Assembly (NCBI GenBank): GCA_963840035.1
Contig: CAWIXE010000001.1
Location: 332,503 to 396,502 of the forward strand
Reading direction: 5' to 3'
Length of the DNA stretch: 64,000 nt
Origin: a candidate division FCPU426 bacterium
Lineage (GTDB): Bacteria; Oederibacteriota; PGYV01; Palsa-1178
Shown piece by piece: positions 9,789-17,937 of the stretch. Each line of letters begins with the position of its first letter. Position 1 is the stretch's first letter. The notes beneath the pieces are model-generated. The model was not told where the DNA came from. It made no database searches and saw only the letters and a program-made list of their open reading frames with translations. The translations under genes and the position numbers were made by a program.

Positions 9789-10295
9789 TTATACTTCCTC
9801 CGTTTTGTACGGTTTCTTCGGCACTTCTGAGTATATTTCTTTTAACACTTTCCGCATATTGGCGTTTTTTTTTGCGCCGTCTTCATCGTTTTTTTCAAAG
9901 AAGCTCGTTGCTTTCCTGGCTATCTGCAGTTCCTGTGTCGCCTTTTTCTTTTCTTCCTCCAGTATCCGGATCTTTTCCTCCAGCTTCCGCTGTTCTTCCT
10001 GCGCCTTTGTCACTGTTTCCCTCAGATCCTCTTCCTTCACGTAGTTCTTCGGCTTCCTGCCTCTCTTCTCCGTCTTCAGGAACGCCCTGGCTATCCCTTC
10101 CAGCGCTATTTTCTTCCACTCCCGGAACGTCTCCCTCGATATATCCATCTCCTCGCAGACCTGTTTCACCTTCTTTTCCTTTGCCATTACTTTCAGTACT
10201 GCCTGAAACTTCACCTCGTATGGGATTTCCCTGTAGTACTTCGTGGATTTCTGTTCCATCATTTCCTGCTGAATTTTCTCCTGTTCCATTTTCAA
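9789..10295 (-). CDS. IS3-family transposase OrfA (HTH plus leucine zipper)
   Basis: YREIPYEVKFQAVLKVMAKEKKVKQVCEEMDISRETFREWKK is HTH-like. A coiled-coil heptad region follows. The probable ATG is at 10289, preceded by an AAGGGGG ribosome-binding site. Confidence 0.7.
   Translation of the reverse strand: MKMEQEKIQQEMMEQKSTKYYREIPYEVKFQAVLKVMAKEKKVKQVCEEMDISRETFREWKKIALEGIARAFLKTEKRGRKPKNYVKEEDLRETVTKAQEEQRKLEEKIRILEEEKKKATQELQIARKATSFFEKNDEDGAKKNANMRKVLKEIYSEVPKKPYKTEEV
9865..9873 (-). promoter_or_regulatory. Programmed -1 ribosomal frameshift site (A9) joining OrfA to OrfB
   Basis: On the minus strand the zero frame reads GGC GCA AAA AAA AAC (GAKKN). I translated the -1 frame from the A-run and it stays open through ...PREYYYAWKKKDTLEPQKTGPKHAPWAL into SGETILRV of OrfB. 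Confidence 0.55.
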
Positions 10296-10299
10296 TTAC

Positions 10300-11469
10300 C
10301 CCCTTATTTTCTTTATTTTCCTTTTTTTCCTCCACTGCATCTAACCCCTCAACCATAACACTTCCTTCTTTTGCTATTACCCGTATTTCTTTTCCGCCTA
10401 TTTTTCCGATTAAATACATAGGCTCTTTTAATTTTCTCGGGTCAACAATTAGCGCGTCTTTTACCATTCCTGCCCCTTTTTCCATAACTTCACGCACCGA
10501 CTTTTCAACGCTGAAAAACCTGTCAGCAGGCAGTAACCCATCAATCCCCTGATGCGGCCTTTTGAAGTTATACCATTCCACCCATTTTCCTATCTTTTCC
10601 TGCGCGTCTTCAAAGCTGGATATCGGCTCTTTACTTAGTAATTCCTGGTACATATTCCGCCAGAGCGATTCAACTTTTCCGCAGGTTTGGGGATGATACG
10701 GCCGGCTTCTCAAATGGCTTATTCCGCTTCTTGTAAGGAATTTTTGAAATGTGCTTTTCCCCCTCCAACTGGCAAACTGCCTGCCGTTATCAGTAAGCAC
10801 TTCTTTTGGCATGCCGTACTTTTCTATCGCGTTTTTTAGCACATCCAGGACCCTGTCGCTGGTTTGGTTCCGAAATACCCCTATACTGACGACAAACCGC
10901 GAATAATCATCCAGACATGCTATTACATATATCCGGTACAGCCCCTGCAGCATAAATGTCATTATATCCATCTGGTACATGTCGCCGGGTTTGCTTCTTT
11001 CAAAACGCTGCGGTTCCTTTTGACTATTTCCATGCCGCAGGCTTTTTTCCTGTACCATTGTTGCTGTCTGAGGGTCGGTTCGGAGGACTTTTTCAATACC
11101 GTCGCGGCATACTTTTACGAACTTATTGCGCATCAAATAATCCCCGATTTTCTTAACTCCAATTCCGGGATTTTCCAGCTTTAATTTGACTATTTCCGCT
11201 TTTACCGCTTCCGGTACTTCCTGCGCTACTTTGCCGCCGCGGTTATCTTCCAGCCCCTCTTCACCGCCTGTTTTGTACCTTTCTTGCCAGCTTTTAAAAG
11301 TACCGACGCCCATTCCATACCACTTACAGAACATAGTAATAGGCGCACCTATCTGTTCAAATTCTTTTAGCAGTTTTAGTTTTTCTTCTTTTGAGTAGAT
11401 TTTACCGGCGGAGTCGCTTTTTGTGTATTTTCTCTTTCCCTTTTCTTTCTTTTTCTTCATGAACCACAT
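10300..11469 (-). CDS. DDE transposase, IS481-like (N-terminal HTH plus rve core)
   Basis: Motifs VLTDNGRQFAS and SRPYHPQTCGKVESLWRN. The ORF-track frame (9895-11469, 524 aa) continues as low-complexity G/E-rich read-through across the IS3 OrfA region. The true 3' end probably lies near 10300. Confidence 0.65.
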
Positions 11470-11525
11470 ATATTTTACCTCCTCTTTCGTTGAATTTCCA
11501 GAGGTAAAATGTCAACCTATTTCAA
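10300..11525 (-). mobile_element. IS481-like insertion sequence (single DDE transposase); its 3' end abuts or is cut by the IS3 element
   Basis: The transposase ATG at 11469 is preceded by an AGGAGG ribosome-binding site. The left boundary is inferred from the abrupt end of the helicase fragment at 11530. Confidence 0.5.
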
Positions 11526-11529
11526 TGGG

Positions 11530-11712
11530 TTAGCAGTTATGATAATTGACGGCTAGGATAACCCTTGTCTTCCCGCTTCCGGCGCCGGCAAGAATCAGTA
11601 TGGGCCCGTCCTTGTGCTTTACAGCCTCAAGCTGTTCTTTATTCATAAGTTCATTAATATTGCTGTTTGTCAATGCTTTGGCTCCATGTTTTTTTCCTGA
11701 GTGGTCATACAA
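11530..11712 (-). pseudogene. Stub of a UvrD/PcrA-like helicase N-terminus (60 aa, Walker A only)
   Basis: [32 protein letters not shown] is the helicase motif I region. The ORF ends about 5 bp from the inferred IS481-like edge. Confidence 0.5.
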
Positions 11713-11855
11713 TTCCTAAAGATTATATAATGGAAAGGAGTTTTGTCAAGCAAGGATTAAAAACATTTCTAATCTTATTTATATATATAATTATATTTCT
11801 CGTAATTTATTTGGTTGCGTTTCTTTGAAACTGAGTATTAACGCACGAGTTAGAT

Positions 11856-12305
11856 TTAAGTATTTGTGCCCTTCCGTTTCCTTAAAACTGTTGACATACA
11901 ATCTATTAACAACACACTTAGCGACATACCAAATATGCATGTTATTATTCCGATTTTAAATGCCATCTGAAAAAACTCCCTATACTTGATAAATTTTTTT
12001 GATTCCTCTATTAGGTCGTTGTTAAAAATTAAAAACAAAAAAAACACCGCGGATGTAATTATTATGCTTATAATAATTCTTGCATATCGCCGTATTTTAT
12101 TTTTATCCCCCAAAACAGAGTAAGCATCCTCAACAAAAAACGGAATTAATATAACAAACATAAGGTATGTGGAAATTAAATAAGAAATATATTTTTTAAA
12201 TCCAACTTTTTCCAATAACAATGATAATACAACACAGCTTATTAACACACAACTATATACAATAAATTTTAATATTGCCTTTTCGTTTTTTTTAGGTTTG
12301 TTCAA
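11856..12305 (-). CDS. Small membrane protein, candidate immunity protein for the upstream RHS C-terminal toxin
   Basis: 149 aa, 4 TM helices, AT-rich. It starts 7 nt after the stop of the RHS-tip ORF. Confidence 0.45.
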   Translation of the reverse strand: MNKPKKNEKAILKFIVYSCVLISCVVLSLLLEKVGFKKYISYLISTYLMFVILIPFFVEDAYSVLGDKNKIRRYARIIISIIITSAVFFLFLIFNNDLIEESKKFIKYREFFQMAFKIGIITCIFGMSLSVLLIDCMSTVLRKRKGTNT

Positions 12306-12311
12306 CTCAAA

Positions 12312-13147
12312 TCATCTCCAGCCTTCAATAATATCCGTTAAAGCTAAATAACCACCTTGTTCTATTAAAATAAGTCCTGTCCCCTTTGCAAGGAATCCTG
12401 GCAATCCCGGTATATTGGTTTTAAGCAATAAACTTCCAGCTCCGATCAGGTATGTTTTAAGCTTTCCGTCACTCATGTCAAATGGATCAAATTCTTGTTT
12501 AACTAATGGTTGTGTCATTAAAACCGCATCAAATATCAAACAAGAATTATCGTAAAAGTCCGAAGAGAAAAAGTCATTGTCTGTTGTTTCTAAGTAATTG
12601 TTGTCACTAATTACTTTATCATCACCATTTATATACTCAATCTCAGCTTCGTTGGGACAAGAAGTATTATAAGGATTTCCATAATTATCATTATTCGGGT
12701 CATCATACATATTCGTTGATTTTGGATTTCTCCAATCGTTTTCTTCATCAACTTCATAATCAACATCATTATTTGAAGTAGCTTCCTCCTCAGATCTCAT
12801 TTCCTCACAATCTGCCTCAATATGAGTCCATCCATCAGAATCAACATAATCCTCTCCATACCTATCTATTAGATTTGTGGGATTGTTTGCGCAATACTCA
12901 TACGTATTAATTATGTTATTTCCTTCCAACACAGGATCGTTTTCAATAAATCTCCCCGTATTTGCATCATACCACCTTGCGGCAAAGTAGTAAAGCCCGG
13001 TGTCGGGGTCGTACATGTTTGAGGACAGGCCGAATTTGCTTATGCCGTTTCCTGTCCTTTTCCCGAACTCATCATCTGTTTCCCTCTCCAGCACCTGTCC
13101 TTTCTCATCACAGACCATATATACGCTTCCTATGCGGTCGGGGTATT
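12312..13147 (-). CDS. Orphan RHS core-end plus C-terminal toxin domain fragment
   Basis: Contains ...RIGSVYMVCDEKGQVLERETDDEFGKR...DPDTGLYYFAARWYDANTGRFIENDP...NTYEYCANNPTNLIDRYGE, the conserved RHS core terminus. An acidic, unique C-terminal domain follows. The frame opens only at about 13147 (TAG upstream), so no RHS body is present. Confidence 0.65.
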
Positions 13148-13318
13148 GCTAAGACAGCGTCTTCAGTTCTACTTCCAAATAATGGGCGAGGTATTTCAGA
13201 AACTGGCTGTTGTCAGGTAAAAAAAAGGTGAATTTACGGTTGTTTTTTCCGATATATTTAATAGTTGCTATTTTAAAACATATGGCTTAAAATTAAAAAA
13301 GTAAAAATTACGGGGTGA

Positions 13319-15289
13319 ATGTTGAAAAAGTTCATGTTTTCCGCGGTATTCATATGCTTTTTAAGCGGCTTTTCGTTTGCCGGCGCCGAGCTTGTCGGCA
13401 CAACAAGCGAAAATTTCAGCAAGATACCCCCTTTTGCCAGGGCCGCGGCCATGGGTGAGGCTTTTACGGCCGTGTCCGACGGCACATACGGACTTTATTA
13501 CAACCCCGCCGGTATGACCCTTATATCGGGTTATGAGGCGCAGCTAACGCATATAGCCTGGTTCCAGGACATTAATTATGAATTCTTATCTCTTGTCGCG
13601 CCTTTTCCCATGATGGACTTTGGGAAGATAGGCCTTGCGCTCGCGTGGTTCCGCGTGGACGAGCTTACAAAAACATCCGCTCTTGCTTCATACGACCCGG
13701 CATACCTTGACACTGTTGACTACTCCCAGTTCACGGAAAAATTTTCCCCATTTGACCTTTCAGTCACCCTTGCCTACGCCCTGGACCTCAAGGAAAACTT
13801 TTCGGCCGGCGCTTCGCTTAAATACACCTCGCAGTTCATAGACAAATTCAACGGCTCCAACATTACCGCCGAGATAGGCTTCCTGTACCGCGTGATATCA
13901 TACGGCAATTACCTCCGCCTGGGAATTGATATGACCAACCTGGGCTCTGACTTAAAGCTGCACGACATAGGTTTTGAGCCGCCGAAACTTTTAAAGGTCG
14001 GCCTCTCAGACCAGCTGCAGATATGGAACGGCACCATGTTAATCGCGGCGCAGGCGGTCCTACCCGCGGATTACGCGCCGGTTTATTCCATAGGATTTGA
14101 ATACTGGCTTTTTGACATGGTGGCTCTGCGCTTCGGTTATAAGACAGGCGGCTTTGACCACCCCACCTTTGGCGCCGGTTTCCGGTATAATAATTTTGAA
14201 ATTGATTACGCTTACATACGTTACGATGAGCTCGGCAACACGCACAGGTTTTCCCTTCTTTACAGCTGGGGCTCGCCCGCGGTAAAGCTTAAAGTTACCC
14301 CGGCCCTTTTCTCGCCCAATAAGGATAACTTCCTTGATACTGTTTCATTCATACCCGTGTTAAAAAACCCGGAGAAGCTCAAGGCCCTTAAGCTTTCCAT
14401 ATTCGGCGGCGATAAGGAAACCGCGCTTGCCTCATTTAATCTCCAGGATAAGGCGGCTAAGTCTGTGCCGTGGGGCGGAAACACTAAAGCGGGAGTCCTC
14501 CCTGACGCTGTTTACCAGGCCTCCATCACCGCCGAGTATGATAACGGCACCTCCGAATCAAACCGTGTCTCAGTTGAGATAGACAACACGCCGCCGGTAA
14601 CAAAAGTGGACGGCGACCCGAAGCTGTTAAAACCCGGGCAAAAAGACTCGCTCATCATACCCGCCACATTCACTTTCTTCGCGCAAGACAGGAATAAGGT
14701 TTCGAAGTGGCAGTTTGTAATATGGGATTACGATAAAAAAGTGTTTTACTCCACACAGGGCAGCGGCGAACCTCCGCTCTCCATAATATGGGACGGCAAA
14801 AGCAACGACGGCTCATACGTAAAAACAGGCGAAGTTTATCATTACAGCCTTATCGCCTATGATACCGTGGGCAACCGCGGGCAGACAGCGATACAGTCAG
14901 TGGTTGTGCTCTTAAAGGAAATAAAGCTTACCTTCGCCTCAGACGCGCTTTTTGACCTTGGCGAGGCGGACGTTAAGATCTCCGCATACTCTGTCTTAAA
15001 AGATATGAAAAAGACCATAGACGCGCACCCTGATTCGGAAATAGTTGTCGCCGGATATACGGATAACATACAGCCCAGGGGCATAAAGTATAAGGACAAC
15101 ACCGAACTTTCAAAAGCGAGGGCCGACGCTGTCAAGTTCTTCATGGTAAACCTTCTTGAATACGATGAAAAAAGGATCAAGACCGAGGGTTACGGGGAGC
15201 TTATGCCCATTGCCGATAATAACACGGAAGAAGGCAGGCTGAAAAACCGCAGGGTGGATATCATCATACGCAGTACCATTTATAAATAA
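13319..15289 (+). CDS. Outer-membrane protein with an N-terminal beta-barrel (PorV/FadL-like), a FlgD-Ig-like middle domain and a C-terminal OmpA-like peptidoglycan-binding domain
   Basis: Signal peptide. ARAAAMGEAFTAVSDGTYGLYYNPAG barrel motif. WDGKSNDGSYVKTGEVYHYSLIAYDTVGNRG matches the FlgD Ig-like fold. The OmpA C-terminal signature is AGYTDNIQP...LSKARADAV...GYGELMPIADNNTEEGRLKNRRVDIII. Confidence 0.6.
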   Translation: MLKKFMFSAVFICFLSGFSFAGAELVGTTSENFSKIPPFARAAAMGEAFTAVSDGTYGLYYNPAGMTLISGYEAQLTHIAWFQDINYEFLSLVAPFPMMDFGKIGLALAWFRVDELTKTSALASYDPAYLDTVDYSQFTEKFSPFDLSVTLAYALDLKENFSAGASLKYTSQFIDKFNGSNITAEIGFLYRVISYGNYLRLGIDMTNLGSDLKLHDIGFEPPKLLKVGLSDQLQIWNGTMLIAAQAVLPADYAPVYSIGFEYWLFDMVALRFGYKTGGFDHPTFGAGFRYNNFEIDYAYIRYDELGNTHRFSLLYSWGSPAVKLKVTPALFSPNKDNFLDTVSFIPVLKNPEKLKALKLSIFGGDKETALASFNLQDKAAKSVPWGGNTKAGVLPDAVYQASITAEYDNGTSESNRVSVEIDNTPPVTKVDGDPKLLKPGQKDSLIIPATFTFFAQDRNKVSKWQFVIWDYDKKVFYSTQGSGEPPLSIIWDGKSNDGSYVKTGEVYHYSLIAYDTVGNRGQTAIQSVVVLLKEIKLTFASDALFDLGEADVKISAYSVLKDMKKTIDAHPDSEIVVAGYTDNIQPRGIKYKDNTELSKARADAVKFFMVNLLEYDEKRIKTEGYGELMPIADNNTEEGRLKNRRVDIIIRSTIYK

Positions 15290-15383
15290 GTTGTGCTTGT
15301 TCCAGAAATCCCTCTCTCATCTCCCTTTCTAAAACAAAGGGAGACGATTACGGTACTTGTATTTATCGTTGAGGCGGATGGAC

Positions 15384-15587
15384 CTGCGGCGGCGGGAGTG
15401 GCTGGTATTTTTTTGATATAACTTTGGCTCAAACTTCCGCTGCAAGTAGACTCCCGGAAATCTCTCCGGCCCGGTTGAATACCCGCAAAGTAATCCCTGA
15501 ACCTCCCGCGTGTCATATTATTATTTTCCGGACAACCTCGCCAAATTTGACATATTATCAAAAAAATAGCGGACGCTCACGCCGCCG
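15384..15587. repeat. MITE-like element family A, copy 3
   Basis: CTGCGGCGGCGGGAGTGGCTGG ... CGCTCACGCCGCCG. Same terminal inverted repeats and internal blocks as the copies at 3939-4412. Confidence 0.6.
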
Positions 15588-15646
15588 TGTGGGTTTTGGT
15601 TTGAAATTTGGAGATGTTTGAATGGTATTGATTTAATCACTGGAAC

Positions 15647-16081
15647 TTATTTCTTCTTTTTCTTTCCTGTTTGTTTCTTTTCTGTTTTCTTTTCCGGTGT
15701 GGGCTTGTATTGCTTGTTCAGGGCTTCCATCTTTGCCGCTGTCTCGTCGCTCATGTGGTGTTCCATTCCGCAGGATTCCTCTTTTGCTTTTTCCGGGTCG
15801 GATTTTAAGACGTTTGTGAGGAATTCAAATAACGCCTTGTTCTTTGCCAGTATTTTTTCCGCGATGGACTTTCCGGCCTCGGTTAATGTTATAAAGCCGT
15901 AGCGTTCGTGGGTTATGAGCTCGTTTTTCTTCAGGTATGTGACTGCCGCCACCACGCTGGCTTTTTTTACGTTTAAGTGCCTGCCTATGTCTGAAACTCT
16001 CGCTACTTTGCTTTTGTTTTCAAGCTGGAGAATTGTTTTTATATAATCTTCCATTGCCGCTGAAAGATTTACATCCTGCAT
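15647..16081 (-). CDS. DtxR/MntR-family metal-dependent transcriptional repressor
   Basis: MEDYIKTILQLENKSKVARVSDIGRHLNVKKASVVAAVTYLKKNELI is the DtxR-type HTH. A dimerisation helix and a K-rich tail follow. Confidence 0.75.
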   Translation of the reverse strand: MQDVNLSAAMEDYIKTILQLENKSKVARVSDIGRHLNVKKASVVAAVTYLKKNELITHERYGFITLTEAGKSIAEKILAKNKALFEFLTNVLKSDPEKAKEESCGMEHHMSDETAAKMEALNKQYKPTPEKKTEKKQTGKKKKK

Positions 16082-16222
16082 CGAACACCGCCCTTAACTT
16101 CTAAGTTATATCTGCCTAACAAATATTGTAATACTCAAACAAAAAATGTCAATAGTATTTACTTGCATAAATTCATTTTGTTTGTTTTTTGATTTTTTAA
16201 CTTGACATTTAGTCCTGCTTTT

Positions 16223-17935
16223 TTATGCGGCTTTTTTATTTTTCACGATGATATATATATTGACGCATATTATTACGGCGCACCAGGCCGCTATTATGCC
16301 GGGCCTTATTTTTCCGGCATCCCATAGCTGCGGGAATATCCACGATATGTCAGACCGCGCTGCCTGGGATAAAAATTTCATGACCCAGTTTACGCCGTTC
16401 CCTTTGTTCCACCTGAACCACGGTACCAGAAGGATTATGTACGTCATAAACAGCCCCCAGCATGCCGCAGCCTTAAAAACCGCTTTTTCAATCTTCCCTT
16501 TTGCCTCTTTATAAACCGCCGCGATAAAGAGCGAGAATATGAATATTACCGCCACCATGAACCGCGAAGATGCGCCGCCGCCGCCGTTCCATACGACCCA
16601 CGAGGAAACAAGCGCGTAGTAAGGCACTATTAAAAGCAGCGTGTAATAGAATACCTTTTTGCTTTCCCTGTATAAAAACCAGGCGCCGACTAAGAAAAGC
16701 ATGTACACGGGCGTGTAAAAGAAAAGCCCGAACTCCTGGTCCAGAAGCGTCCCCAAAAACCCGTTTATGCCCGTTAAAAACTGCTTTGATATATCCGCAG
16801 CCTGCTGGGTCTGCCTCGGTATCAGCTGCCTGAAATGGGCGTAATTAAAGGAAAACAGGGCCGCCAGGGAAATGGCCTGAAAAAGGAGGAAAAATGCGGT
16901 TTCCTTTATCCTGGCGCGGTTCTCCCAGACAAAGATGGCTGCCAGAAACGCCCACAAAAATCCGTTGCGGACATGCGCCCACGGCGCCAAAGCCAGGATA
17001 ATCGAGGCAAAAACAGGGTGCTGCTTTTTATACAATATCATGTAGAAAGCCGAAACCACGATAAGCCCGCTTAAGGATTCGGCGCATATCTGGTTTGCGT
17101 ACATTATCACAGGCATGGAAAGCCCTGTAATGAGCGCCGTATGCGCGGCAATCCTGTTATCCTTAAAAACAGCCGCGACCAGCAGGAATATTATTGCCAT
17201 ATAAAGCGCCGTAACAAAGTCTGTTAATAATGTCGCGCCGAATCTGCCTGCTGCAAGGTAAAAAGGCTGTATGATGAATGATATCAGCATGGGGTGGTAC
17301 GGATAAAGTTTCCCGGAGACTTCTATCTCCTGCGGCGCGAGTTCTTTGTCATAAAACCCCAGGTAGTCCCTGTTTTCATAATTATTTTTCAAGTCTATGT
17401 CCCTGTCATGGATCATGCTGTGCGCCGCAAGCAAGTAAACAGGCTCGTCGCCGGTCGGCTGGTTGGCGTAGTTAAACCACAGGGTCACGCCGAAATAAAA
17501 AACCATGAAGAAAGTAAAAATGGAAATAAACAATTTTTTTTCCGTGGTTTTCATGTAATCCGCGGACTTATTTACCATGAAAATAACCTGGCCGGCTAGG
17601 ACAGCGATAAAAGTGGCGTATGACGCGCCGAGTAAAAGTTCAAACTTCCTCAGAGTAAAATTATGCGGGTCCGGAAAAACAACTTTCATGACAACGGGCG
17701 CAAGGAAAAGTATTAAAAATGAAAATGTTGCCGGCGAAAGCTTTTTAAAAATTTTGAAAAACCCTTCCTTGGTCCAGCATCTGACGCCTGCAGCTGCCAG
17801 CGATAAAAAAATATATACTGCCGCCGGGAGAATATAAACCGGATATATGAACCCTCCGGGATTGTTCAGCGCGAATGCTTTCATGTAAACAATATAACTT
17901 ATGACAAAACATATGTTTGCCGCAAGCGCGAGCAT
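16223..17935 (-). CDS. GT-C fold membrane glycosyltransferase (PMT/ArnT-like, COG1807 family)
   Basis: About 13 TM helices. First periplasmic loop motif PTGDEPVYLLAAHSM. A paralog lies at 53038-54924. Confidence 0.6.
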   Translation of the reverse strand: MLALAANICFVISYIVYMKAFALNNPGGFIYPVYILPAAVYIFLSLAAAGVRCWTKEGFFKIFKKLSPATFSFLILFLAPVVMKVVFPDPHNFTLRKFELLLGASYATFIAVLAGQVIFMVNKSADYMKTTEKKLFISIFTFFMVFYFGVTLWFNYANQPTGDEPVYLLAAHSMIHDRDIDLKNNYENRDYLGFYDKELAPQEIEVSGKLYPYHPMLISFIIQPFYLAAGRFGATLLTDFVTALYMAIIFLLVAAVFKDNRIAAHTALITGLSMPVIMYANQICAESLSGLIVVSAFYMILYKKQHPVFASIILALAPWAHVRNGFLWAFLAAIFVWENRARIKETAFFLLFQAISLAALFSFNYAHFRQLIPRQTQQAADISKQFLTGINGFLGTLLDQEFGLFFYTPVYMLFLVGAWFLYRESKKVFYYTLLLIVPYYALVSSWVVWNGGGGASSRFMVAVIFIFSLFIAAVYKEAKGKIEKAVFKAAACWGLFMTYIILLVPWFRWNKGNGVNWVMKFLSQAARSDISWIFPQLWDAGKIRPGIIAAWCAVIICVNIYIIVKNKKAA

Positions 17936-17937
17936 CG

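Larger units (their letters stand above)
8800..10320 (-). mobile_element. IS3-family insertion sequence (OrfA plus OrfB with a -1 frameshift)
   Basis: HTH/leucine-zipper OrfA, an A9 slippery run, and an rve DDE OrfB lie in the -1 frame. Exact ends and inverted repeats were not determined. Confidence 0.6.

Noticed and set aside
9895-10300. C-terminal 130 aa of the 524-aa transposase ORF (G/E-rich tail)
   Set aside because: This is a chance open frame across the IS3 OrfA coding region, because the T-poor sequence lacks stops. It is not a real domain. The transposase body ends near 10300.
9872-10552. 226-aa Ser/Pro-rich ORF on the plus strand across the IS region
   Set aside because: It is antisense to the Lys/Glu-rich transposase genes. 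A/G-rich coding sequence gives T/C-rich stop-free antisense frames. No motifs were found.
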